A stretch of 64,000 bases of DNA from Savitreella phatthalungensis (lineage: Eukaryota): the NCBI GenBank assembly GCA_051599415.1, contig AP039689.1, positions 868,001-932,000 of the forward strand, in the 5' to 3' direction. The notes below the pieces were generated by a model. It was not told where the DNA came from and did no database searches. It worked only from the letters and a program-made list of their open reading frames with translations. The position numbers and the translations under genes are program-made. Positions 22,520 to 32,315 of this stretch are shown here, in pieces (the first letter of the stretch is position 1; each line of letters begins with the position of its first letter).

Positions 22520-23255
22520 GCTCGAACCAGTAATCGGTCTGTTGAATAGTGTTTCTGTGCCTAAGATTCTTGAGTGTCCTGATGTACCTCTTGATTGATG
22601 ATCACATATGTTCGAATTACCTGATTGAGCCAAAGGCTTGCTGCTGCACTGTAACGATGAGTTCCTGATCTCAATTGATGCAGAATTCGAACAGTATCAC
22701 ATATGCATTTACGGGAGTAGCACGAGCTTGAAGAATATTTCTCTCGAGCGGCTGGCTCGCGACAATTCGCCACTCTACGATATAGCGATCGTGAAGGTAC
22801 ACAGAGAGTCAGAATAGATACAACATGCCGCTCTGAATAGCACAATGGGTTGCTCCGCTTGCTTAGCACAGGGCAGTAATCGACATTGATGATCATGTGT
22901 GACACTAGTAATCAACTGGACACTGTACACGTGTCAGCTTCGCCCTAGGCTGGTATCATGAAATGTTGTTTGCGTCAGGTCACGTTGCATCGTTCGTACA
23001 AACATGTCATGACACGTGAAGAGGATGCGACGCTCTTTGGAAGTGTTCAACCATTGTTCTCGACCCTGATAGATCCCTATTTCTATATCGCACATCTATG
23101 AAAACGAGGTCTGTGCGAGCTCACGCATTCCTGCAACCATGCGTCACGTAAACAGGCACAATTGAGACCGAGTCTGTGTCATACCCGTCGGGATTCTAGC
23201 TTCGAGGATTTCAATACGAGATACAGCGCTCGTCATCGTCTCTTTCGTGCGCGCC

Positions 23256-23957
23256 ATGGCGTCGCTCAAAACAAAAACACATTGTCGATCATTGTCGCGT
23301 CTGCCAGTTGTCCAGCCTCATGATTCCATCGTCACTACAACAAGCGGAGCTGAAAGCGCGGGGAGGAAGAGTTTGCTGCGTGCACCGTTAAACACGCCGA
23401 TAGTGACACCGACAGCATCGGTTGCGCATGATAAACGCAACAGTATTGGCGCATGTATTAGAGCCTCCGAGCATTCGGAAAGCCATGCATTGAAGAGTCC
23501 TACAATTTCAAGACCAATCAAATCTTTCCTGCCAACCCCATCTACACAAGTGAAGAAGCAGCCACATAAGACGGTGCTGAGAAAGGATACAGGCCTCGAC
23601 ACTGGGCCGAAATTGAATCGTCGCTCGACGCGAGCGGACTCTGGCAGCGATACGAGGAATGGGATCTACTCGTCTGACGACACGCTTGTTGACGATGACA
23701 TCCTCGCGAGCGCTGGCAGCTACGGTGGCGATGCAGACGAACACCCAGAAAAGGGCGAGAAATCAGGAGATCCGGTGCTCACGCGAGACATGCTCCTGCA
23801 GCGAGACTTTGCAGATCTGAGAGAGTGTCTGGCGGGGATCTCATACGAGGTCGTTCAACAGGGTCGCAGGATACATGAGCTCGAAGTAGAGCTAGCGGAA
23901 TATCGGCGGCATGGCTCAGAACAGAGAGGAAATGCAGGTAACGACCTTGATCAATGA
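23256..23957 (+). CDS. Hypothetical protein with C-terminal coiled coil
   Basis: ORF of about 233 aa from ATG 23256; the C-terminus is heptad-like (LRECLAG..VVQQGRRIHELEVELAEY). 5' exons cannot be excluded. Confidence 0.5.
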   Translation: MASLKTKTHCRSLSRLPVVQPHDSIVTTTSGAESAGRKSLLRAPLNTPIVTPTASVAHDKRNSIGACIRASEHSESHALKSPTISRPIKSFLPTPSTQVKKQPHKTVLRKDTGLDTGPKLNRRSTRADSGSDTRNGIYSSDDTLVDDDILASAGSYGGDADEHPEKGEKSGDPVLTRDMLLQRDFADLRECLAGISYEVVQQGRRIHELEVELAEYRRHGSEQRGNAGNDLDQ

Positions 23958-25248
23958 CGAATGAGGAGCATGCTGGGAACGTATGGATGCAAGACGAAAA
24001 ATGCCATCTGTGAAACACGCGTGATCAACTCTCCCTGCTTTTGTTTCGTCTCTGAAACACAGGAAAGGAATTCTCAGAGATCCTCGTACGGAGTCTGAGG
24101 ATTGCTTGACCATCAACGGGGCAACGCGTCTGCCATTGCTGGTCTGCATATGAAGAAAGGTACGGCAGAGCGCTCGAAATAGAAAATCAGTGGTACACAT
24201 GAGCAACTCCTCTGGCACTGGACAAAGCTTCAAGGGTTTGGGGGCTGTGCGGGAAATTCAATCGGTGGTTCAATGCTTTCTAACCTGGTTAGATGCGTAC
24301 AGTATTAGGAAACGCTCGGGAATGGAGGCGCAGCGAGTTCTACAGTAAGGACGCTCGAAATAGAAACAGCAAACGAACGCCAATCTACTAGGGATGAAGT
24401 TGAGTAAATAGTTACCCGAGAAAACGATAAACATCGGTGGCAGTGCACATTGCTCTGACCTCCTCCTGACTCGAAATTTGAAATTTGCCGGGACGACGAG
24501 CATTTTTCAATCTATGGCCGAATAACGGAGGAAATAGCGGCAGATCGATTGAACAGAACTATTCGGAGCTATACCTTTGAGATCTGCACGATGACGCTGA
24601 GCCTCATCGCGTTCACTCCTCACTCTTCACTCCTCACTCCTCTTCTATCTACCCTCTAGAATACTCTCAACAGTGCCCTGTTCTCCTTTTCTGAAACAAG
24701 CTGACTGCCACGGGAGCATGCGTGACTGAGCAGAAATACTTTGACCATTCAATTCCACACGCGTTTAGTAAGCTTACCACGACGGTGCTGTGAGGAACAG
24801 AGCGCAGCATTAGGCAACCAGGAATGCTGGCGAGAATAAGATGAGATTAGATGACATGAGACAAAGCACCACCTCAGGACTCACACTGCACTGCCAGTTG
24901 TCCAAGCTGGCCTCTGAAGCTCCTTTGTGCCTTGAACGACGTGCACTTGCTCAGCCATAAGCTTGTAAGCAGGCAGGAATAACAAACAAGACAGGTAGTC
25001 ATACACAACCAGGGCAGGCCACAATGCTCGACTGATCTAGCTCATTCTATTCTCATTGTACAAGTTTGCTATTTACTCATCCTCAACCGAGTCATCTGCC
25101 AGTCACTGGCTCTTTACCTTGGACCTATACCGGGATCAGCATCAACATCAGCCTCATCTTTAGATCACACGCGTCTCCTTGACTGAGCCTGACCCATCTT
25201 CTCACACGCTCCTCTCACACTCACATCATACACTCGATTCGGACTTGG

Positions 25249-25254
25249 TATAAA
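25249..25254 (+). promoter_or_regulatory. Putative TATA box of the GH72 gene
   Basis: TATAAA followed by a long pyrimidine/CA-rich leader before ATG 25526. Confidence 0.45.
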
Positions 25255-25525
25255 GACCTGGTCTCATTCCTCCGAATACTATAACGTCTCATCCTCACTC
25301 TCCTTCACAAACCCCTTAGAGACTACCCTGTCAGCTGATCACAATTCATCTCTGCACCTGACGCAGTCGCATTTCATCTTTGCACCTGACACAGGAAGCA
25401 TCCAACAGCACTCGCCTCTTCTCCTTCTGCCTTTGACCATCATCCTGCACTACACGCGCATATTTCATCACGCACAGCATCCTTGCAAGACCTCTATTCA
25501 CACACTCAGATACACTCCCATAATC

Positions 25526-26989
25526 ATGCTTTCTCTGGTATTCACAACGTTACTTGGAGCAGCTGACGCGCTGAACCCAGTCGTCGTCCGGAACAACGTT
25601 TTCTACACCACTGGCACAGGAGAACGCTTTTTCCCGATCGGTGTCGATTACCAGCCAGGAGGTGCTTCCGGAGTGACAAAGGGATCAGACCCGCTCTCCG
25701 ACATTGACATTTGCCGCCGCGATGTATTCCTCTTCCAAAAGCTAGGAGCCAACACGGTGCGAATCTACTCGGTCGACAATGCGGTGAATCACGACGAATG
25801 CATGTCCCTGTACAACGCCGCAGGCATCTACCTCATGCTCGACGTCAACTCACCGCTAGAAGGTCAGCATTTGAATCGCGATGAGCCTTGGACAACTTAC
25901 AACCACATCTATGCTGAGCACGTGTTCCGTACGATCGAGGCCTTTGGTCCATACCCGAACCTGCTTGGCTTCTTCAGTGGCAACGAGCTCATCAACTCTG
26001 ACAAGTCGGCCATCACCTCCCCACCTTACATCAAGGCGATCACTCGCGACATGAAGGACTACATTCGCAAGTACATGGACCGCCCAATCCCAGTCGGCTA
26101 CTCTGCAGCAGACGACCTCAACTACCGCATGGAAACTGCACAGTACATGTCGTGTGGTGATGACTCTGTCGGCTTGAACGACTTCTACGCCATCAACTCG
26201 TACCAGTGGTGCGGACAGCAGACGCTCCAGTCGTCTGGGTATGACACGCTTCTCCAGAGCTTCTCAAACTTCTCACTTCCTCTGTTCTTCTCCGAGTACG
26301 GCTGCAATGAGGTTCGGCCACGTGGATTTTCCGAAGTGCCCGCCATCTACTCGTCCCCGATGACGGATGTCTTCTCTGGTGGTCTTGTGTACGAATACAC
26401 TCAGGAGCCCAACAACTACGGCCTCGTCGAGGTTGACGACGACGAGACAGCCAAGATGCGCGCAGACTACGTCTCCCTCGCTTCTCGTTTCAAGAACGTC
26501 ACCGCTGCCAGCCTGCCAAGAGCGATACCATCAGCTCAGGCGAAAGCGCCGACATGCCCACCAGAGTCCTCATACCAGCACCTGAACGGCTCGCGCACGG
26601 TCCCACGTCTTGCTGAGATCCAGAAGCTGATTGACTCCCGAATCACCTCGAACGTGGTAAAGGGCAGTCTGCAGACCTCTGTGTCGCTCGATCAGACCAA
26701 GTACAACATCAAGGACCAGAACGGCAACAGCATCAGCAACAAGCAGATCACAAGAGCTACGTCGTCCGGCACAGTCGGCGACCTCAAGACCCTCTTCTCC
26801 AACAACCCGAACTCCGCCACTGGAACAGCGACTGCACGTGCCGGCAACACCTCTGGTGCAGCGTCAACGGCAGCTCGCGCGCAGGCACAAGCCAGCTCGG
26901 CTGCATCGTCACTGGTTTTGAGAACTGCAGGTGGCAAGGCTCTGGCGGTTGCTGCCCTCTGCGCCTTTGTCGGCTTCACAGTTCTCTGA
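25526..26989 (+). CDS. GH72 1,3-beta-glucanosyltransferase (Gas/Gel family, no X8 domain), GPI-anchored
   Basis: Signal peptide, GVDYQPGG, NTVRIYSVD, catalytic GNE and FFSEYGCN, GGLVYEY, Ser/Thr/Ala stalk, hydrophobic GPI signal. Confidence 0.95.
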   Translation: MLSLVFTTLLGAADALNPVVVRNNVFYTTGTGERFFPIGVDYQPGGASGVTKGSDPLSDIDICRRDVFLFQKLGANTVRIYSVDNAVNHDECMSLYNAAGIYLMLDVNSPLEGQHLNRDEPWTTYNHIYAEHVFRTIEAFGPYPNLLGFFSGNELINSDKSAITSPPYIKAITRDMKDYIRKYMDRPIPVGYSAADDLNYRMETAQYMSCGDDSVGLNDFYAINSYQWCGQQTLQSSGYDTLLQSFSNFSLPLFFSEYGCNEVRPRGFSEVPAIYSSPMTDVFSGGLVYEYTQEPNNYGLVEVDDDETAKMRADYVSLASRFKNVTAASLPRAIPSAQAKAPTCPPESSYQHLNGSRTVPRLAEIQKLIDSRITSNVVKGSLQTSVSLDQTKYNIKDQNGNSISNKQITRATSSGTVGDLKTLFSNNPNSATGTATARAGNTSGAASTAARAQAQASSAASSLVLRTAGGKALAVAALCAFVGFTVL

Positions 26990-27301
26990 AGAGTGTTAGA
27001 ACGTCCCCGGCCCTGCCACTTACCAGCCAACCACACTAGGCTCCACTCAGAGTAATGCAATGTCACGACTACCCATTTTGCCGCCGCGTCCAATGTGTGT
27101 GTTTATCTGTGATCTGTGACCCGGCATTTGCGTATTATCGAAATGCTGTTTCTCCCCATGAATTTGTCTCGGCGTGTAAATAAGGATATCATATCTACGA
27201 GCTCGAATCGGACGTCATAGAAAGTAGCAGTGTATTTGCATGGACAAGCCACGAGACCACACGGTCTGAGAATCCTTAAGGTTTCATCATTGTCAGCTTC
27301 A

Positions 27302-28924
27302 ATGGCTCCCGATAGAGGACATCTTGTACAAACCCTGTACAGCAATGGCAGTGACGAGGAAGACATCGAGGAGATCGAGATGGACGCACGTCAGATGCTC
27401 CTTCCCGCCGCCACAAACCAATCCCACGCATCAAAGTCGCTTGACGGCACACTTTCCACAGCACATGCCGTCCTAGAGCGGTCATTGGCGAACTTCGGCT
27501 TTGGCCGGTACCAACGGTATGTGTTTGCGGTGTGTGGACTGGGGTACATGCTTGATCTGCTGTGGGCGAGCAGTCTGGGATTATCACTACCAGTACTAAC
27601 GCGTGAGATCTCTGTACGTGACTCCCGGTCTGGGGACATCTCATCCTCGTTCTCCGTCGGGCTCACTTTCGGAGCGATCTCGTGGGGGATCCTGATCGAT
27701 CTTGTCGGCCGACCTCGAGCGTTCAACGCCACTGTCGCCATCGCCACCGCCGCCGGCATCCTCCTTCCGCTCCTCGCCCACTCCCTGCCAACACTCTGCG
27801 CACTCGCATTCCTCCTCGGCATCGGCATCGGCGGCAACATCCCAGTCGATTCCACCGTCGCCGCAGAAAACCTACCACGACACACCACCATCAGACGGCT
27901 CCCCATCGCCCTCGTCACACTCCTATCGATCTTCCAGCCTGCAGGCACACTCCTCTGCACCGTCATCGCCAGAGCTGTTGTTCCGGGTAACTCATGCAAG
28001 GATGGCCTGCCTCCATGCGGGGTGGATGTCGTGGATGATGTGGCGTGCTGCGCGAGTGGTGATAATTGGGGTTGGCGGTGGCTGATGGTGGTGCTGGCGG
28101 TGATTTCAGGAGTGGCGGTGGTCGTAAGATCCGTCTGCTTCGATCTCAAGGAATCGCCGAGGTATCTGCTCGCAAAAGGGCGCAACCAGGAAGCGCTCCA
28201 GGTCATAAGGCACATCGCGCGCTTCAATGGCGTTCACCTCGACCTGTCGCCCGAAGAGGAACGCCTATTTGAGCACGACGGCGAACCTCTGGGGACGAAT
28301 ACGCAGGCGGGACTGGAGGCATGGCAGCACGACGTCACGATGCTGTTCCGGGATGGGAAGTTGCGTAAGAGGACGCTGACGACTTGGGTGGTGTACGGTG
28401 GTGATTTTCTGGGATTCTCCCTCGCGGGATTTCTACCGTACTTGTTAGCACGTCGTGGTCTGGAGCGACATGACTCGCTCGCTAACATCTACACGCGTTA
28501 CATGCCGATCTATGCGGCTGGGGTTCCGGCGGCCGTGGCGGTCTGCCTTGTCGCAGAATCGCGACAGGTCGGTGGACGGCGTGGCGCTCTCGTGATTACA
28601 GGCATTCTGTATGCCGTGCCGCTGATGCTGTTCGGCGTCGCAGCTAACTCTGACATCGCAGTGACGGCGCTGAGCGCAAGCGAGTACGCTGCGCAGACCA
28701 TGTTCAACGCCATCCTCTACGCCGCCACACCCGATCTCTTTCCCCCTCAAGTCAGGGGTACAGCCGGAGGACTTGCAAGCACGATCGGTCGACTTGTCAC
28801 GATTGTCGCGCCGTTGATCGGTGGGCTTGCTCTCGAGATCGGTGGAGATACGCTGCCTCTGTACATGGCAGGTACAGGCGTGCTGATTGCGACGACGGCT
28901 TGTTTGTGGTTGCCGGGTGAGTGA
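27302..28924 (+). CDS. MFS transporter (SV2/sugar-porter-like)
   Basis: GFGRYQ...CGLGY..D, WG.L.DLVGR..AFN, GIGGNIPVD, WGWRW, ESPRYLL, P.LFP..VRGTA.G. Confidence 0.9.
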   Translation: MAPDRGHLVQTLYSNGSDEEDIEEIEMDARQMLLPAATNQSHASKSLDGTLSTAHAVLERSLANFGFGRYQRYVFAVCGLGYMLDLLWASSLGLSLPVLTREISVRDSRSGDISSSFSVGLTFGAISWGILIDLVGRPRAFNATVAIATAAGILLPLLAHSLPTLCALAFLLGIGIGGNIPVDSTVAAENLPRHTTIRRLPIALVTLLSIFQPAGTLLCTVIARAVVPGNSCKDGLPPCGVDVVDDVACCASGDNWGWRWLMVVLAVISGVAVVVRSVCFDLKESPRYLLAKGRNQEALQVIRHIARFNGVHLDLSPEEERLFEHDGEPLGTNTQAGLEAWQHDVTMLFRDGKLRKRTLTTWVVYGGDFLGFSLAGFLPYLLARRGLERHDSLANIYTRYMPIYAAGVPAAVAVCLVAESRQVGGRRGALVITGILYAVPLMLFGVAANSDIAVTALSASEYAAQTMFNAILYAATPDLFPPQVRGTAGGLASTIGRLVTIVAPLIGGLALEIGGDTLPLYMAGTGVLIATTACLWLPGE

Positions 28925-28945
28925 TCACACCGTTAATGCCATGAC

Positions 28946-30079
28946 TCAAGTCACGATGGCAGGTAGCAAAGCGCTTGCAGTACTCTCTGTTTCGCGCTTG
29001 CGCTCTAAGCTGCGCAGGAATCCCATGGGCAATGGCACCTTCCTATCGACCTGATCGATCTGGCCGAAGCCAGGCTGTCCTGGTCTGCGGAGGATGAAGT
29101 GGTCGTCCAGCCAGTCTAGCATGGCCGGGAGTGTCTTCCTATCGAAGAATCTGCCGCGCTCTTTGCGAGTCCAGGCTTCGGCATTGTCGAGCATGTCTCC
29201 GAGATGGTGCTGGAGCAGGATTGGGTGCAGTCCTCCAGACACACCGTAGAAGACCAGTCGCTCAATCGCAGACCAAGGACACCGCGCATATCCGCCAAAC
29301 ATGGCAGGATTCGCCATGAGCGCTCGCGCCGCCATCACACCCTCCACATTCGTCTCGTCCCTGATCCATTGTGCGACGGCGACGCTGGTGACATCGCCGT
29401 TCGCGACCACAGGACACTTGACCTCCTGACGGACCCGCTTGATGGCAGAGAAGTCACAAGGGTGTGAGGAGCGTGTTGTGGGAGTGCGGCCGTGGCAAAC
29501 AAGGTAATCGATGCCTGCCATCTCGAGTGTTCTCGCCCATCGAAGAGTCTGATCGAGGTCCTTATGGATCCTGATCTTGGTCTCCAAGCAGAAACCTGGG
29601 CGCGAGCCTACAGGTGAAGACCGCGCACGTAGCACCATATCCCTGACCCTGGCTGGATCTGACATCAAGTGAGCGCCGATCCCTTCACCGATCGCCCACT
29701 TCTGTGGGCATCCGCAGTTAATACCAACGCCGTCGGCATAAGGCGCTACAGCCTCGCACGCGCGTGAGAAGACGACATCGTCATTTGCAGCGAACTGGAC
29801 GACGAGCGGTGAATCAGTGGAGAAGGTTGTGAAATCAGCGTCACGAGCGTTCGCATGGGAGATAAACTCCTTTGCGAGGATCATCGGCGTGTACACAATG
29901 TCGGTGCCGAACTCGAGGCAGACACGGCGGAATGCAGCCTTCGAGTACCGGACCATTGGCGCAGCCACATAGATAGGCCGTTTCTCTCGACCTACCAGCC
30001 GAGACTGCAGCAACTCGAGCACAGGCGACTTTTGCGATCCATCTCGAATGAGCAGATCGCCGTCCGCCGCTGTTTCCAT
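28946..30079 (-). CDS. DUS4: tRNA-dihydrouridine(20a/20b) synthase Dus4-like
   Basis: APMVRYSK..FR (Dus4-type), YTPMILAKEF, PLVVQF, INCGCPQ, KIRIH, HGRT, VVANGD. ATG at 30079. Confidence 0.88.
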   Translation of the reverse strand: METAADGDLLIRDGSQKSPVLELLQSRLVGREKRPIYVAAPMVRYSKAAFRRVCLEFGTDIVYTPMILAKEFISHANARDADFTTFSTDSPLVVQFAANDDVVFSRACEAVAPYADGVGINCGCPQKWAIGEGIGAHLMSDPARVRDMVLRARSSPVGSRPGFCLETKIRIHKDLDQTLRWARTLEMAGIDYLVCHGRTPTTRSSHPCDFSAIKRVRQEVKCPVVANGDVTSVAVAQWIRDETNVEGVMAARALMANPAMFGGYARCPWSAIERLVFYGVSGGLHPILLQHHLGDMLDNAEAWTRKERGRFFDRKTLPAMLDWLDDHFILRRPGQPGFGQIDQVDRKVPLPMGFLRSLERKRETESTASALLPAIVT

Positions 30080-30213
30080 CGTGTTGGACAGAGTCAAGGA
30101 GTGAATGATGCTTGTCTTTGTGCCTTTGGACCAGCTCACAGATCACATGGGTGTACTCCACACCGGAAATGACAATTCTATGGTCATGTATCTTGCAAGG
30201 ACTTGTCAAGTAC

Positions 30214-30321
30214 GGTTCCATGGCGCAATCGGTAGCGCGTTCGATTCCAAATCTATTGACTCTCATTCGATTTCTTCAGGTTTCTATCGAAAGGTTATCG
30301 GTTCAAGTCCGGTTGGGGCCA
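30214..30321 (+). tRNA. tRNA-Trp(CCA) with 35-nt intron (30251-30285)
   Basis: Hand-folded cloverleaf: acceptor GGTTCCA/TGGGGCC, D-stem GCGC/GCGC, anticodon stem TTCGA/TCGAA with CCA at 30247-30249, intron at the canonical 37/38 position, T-arm ATCGG-TTCAAGT-CCGGT, TTTT terminator at 30324. Confidence 0.93.
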
Positions 30322-30354
30322 GCTTTTCCAAAATCATTATTTTTGTTCCTCCTC

Positions 30355-30405
30355 CTCAGGAATATCTCAGGAATATGCACCAGGAACATCTCAGGAATAT
30401 GCAGG
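30355..30405 (+). repeat. Short imperfect tandem repeat (CTCAGGAATAT-like, about 4 copies)
   Basis: ctcaggaatat ctcaggaatat gcaccaggaacat ctcaggaatat gcagg read directly. Confidence 0.75.
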
Positions 30406-31102
30406 GGCTTGTGACATTTGTGTTGTGTTGTGTTTAAATCGAATTGGCTGCTTCTACGAGAATTTGGAATTTCAAAATTCCAGTTCTTACTGAGGTAGCA
30501 TTCTGGTAGGTCTGCGGGTCTGAATTACCTTGCTCCCTGGAGAATTGGAATTTCTAATTTGAGGTTCTTGATGGGAGTCAAATCCTGTCCTTCAGATGAA
30601 TTCCAAATTCTATGAATATAGAATATTTCTCCTGGAGTTATCAGTGGTAATTAAGTCTGATAAGTCAGGCCTTGTAAATGGAATTTGAAAGATAATTTCT
30701 ACCTACCAGCAATTCGAAGATAGATTAGAAGTCCACTTAGTCGATCTACCTGTACTCTCTCGTAAGCATTACTAAAGAAAGTCTTGTCTGTTTGAAACTT
30801 TCTTCTAAACTCACTCCTGGCTTTAAGATTCTGGTTGAGTCGCTTTCTCTTGAAAAGAGTGGAAGCTGATTCCTAGAGTTTGAAGTAAAATGGAGTTGAT
30901 GTGATAAAAGGGAAAATTAGGACACTTTCAATCGGTGGCTTGCACGTTCTAATGAAAGTTGGAATAAAAGAGAGTATACGATTGACGATCCCGCTATATT
31001 CCAAAGCGTCCTCGTCGTCCGGCATTGCTCCGACTTGACCTTGCGCAAAACCATAGCGGGAACAATCCTCCCTACCTTGACCTTTTACTTTGTTTTCCAA
31101 CC

Positions 31103-31167
31103 TGGAGTGGAGTGGAGTCATCAGATGGAGTGAGGTCAAGTCAAATGGAGTCAAGTCAAGTGGAGTC
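31103..31167 (+). repeat. Degenerate pentanucleotide repeat (TGGAG/TCAAG)
   Basis: tggagtggagtggagtca...tcaagtcaaatggagtcaagtcaagtggagtc. Confidence 0.65.
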
Positions 31168-31341
31168 TGTCTCTGGGCACAAGCTTCTCTCTCATTCGAA
31201 TGACAAATCCTCAAGTCCATGCATCGTTCATAGAATCAGTCCTAGTGCCTAAAGGTCTGCTACATCTAGCCTTTTTTCCTTGCACCGGTACTGACATTGT
31301 CCACACTTTTGAATCCTCTTCTCCTCATCTCCTCACGCGAG

Positions 31342-31977
31342 CTACACCAACTTCTGCTTGGTGAAGAATCCTCTGAGGTGGGTGAGTTGCCAGGCGCACA
31401 TGGCCAGAATCACAAAGAGCTGGACCAGCGTCCACCAGGCTACTTTCGCATTCGTCCTCTCAGACTGATCTCTGAACTCCATCTCACGCGTGCGCTGGTA
31501 GCTCTGCTCCCGCAACACATCCTTCAGCCTGTGATTCAACTCCTCGACCTGCCTTCCCAGATCGTGCACCTTCTCGTCACCTTTACCTTTGAATTCCTCG
31601 CTGAAGCCAGAAACAATATCGAGGTGGAGTCTGATGCGCGAGCTCGTGAACCAGCCGTTCGATGCGGCTGCCTGGAAGCAGAGTTCGTGGAGACCTGTGT
31701 CCTGGGTGGTGTAGGTGAATTTGCCTTCGGCCTTTCCTCGCGAGTTGACGACGCGGTGGTAGTTGTCAAAGACCTCGTCGATTGTCGCCGTCACGCCCAT
31801 GTCGTGGTTGACGACGTAGCTGTTGTGCTGTGGCTGAAACTCCTCGACCTTGTACTTCACAACCAGCATCACATCCTTTGATAGATCCTCCATCACACAT
31901 TGCCGAGAACCACCTTCCAAGTAGAAGTACAGCGCAGAGGCCTGCGCTGCAAGCGACAGCAATCCCAACAGCTGCAT
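31342..31977 (-). CDS. p24/emp24 GOLD-domain cargo receptor (p24-alpha, Erp1/TMED9-like)
   Basis: Signal peptide, GOLD Cys pair, coiled coil with QRTRE.EFRDQSE.TN.KV.WW, TM, and FF plus KxKxx tail (FFTKQKLV). Confidence 0.93.
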   Translation of the reverse strand: MQLLGLLSLAAQASALYFYLEGGSRQCVMEDLSKDVMLVVKYKVEEFQPQHNSYVVNHDMGVTATIDEVFDNYHRVVNSRGKAEGKFTYTTQDTGLHELCFQAAASNGWFTSSRIRLHLDIVSGFSEEFKGKGDEKVHDLGRQVEELNHRLKDVLREQSYQRTREMEFRDQSERTNAKVAWWTLVQLFVILAMCAWQLTHLRGFFTKQKLV

Positions 31978-32315
31978 CTTCCTCTAGTCCCGTCACCACT
32001 AGAAGGCTATTCGAAAGCCTGAAAGGAACTCGACAGAAGATATAGAATCTGTGTCGTGCGAGCGCGTCGTTTGGGGTCTGAGCGCGTTATTCGGACACGG
32101 TCATTGTCATGGCTTTCCAGAATCACGGGTCTGGTTGGGTTACGCTTCAACTCTTCTGCAGCCACATCGACGCCACGAAAAACAAAGATACTTAGACGAA
32201 TGCACAGAATCGTCTCATGATTTACTTGTTCTAACCGACTTTACTGTACAGTACATGGAGTAGGGGGAAGGTTTTAGGTCAAGCGCAGCGGGTGAGATTC
32301 CATCAGGCTGGTCGA

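Noticed and set aside
30240..30291. tRNA-Trp as a UGA-readthrough (4-bp anticodon stem) variant or alternative genetic code
   Set aside because: The anticodon stem has 5 Watson-Crick pairs, and conserved genes here terminate normally at TGA, TAG and TAA.
31297..31881. 194-aa ORF antisense to p24, and similar shadows over MFS, GCDH, APT1 and ILV3
   Set aside because: Expected by-product of codon bias on the opposite strand of clearly conserved genes.
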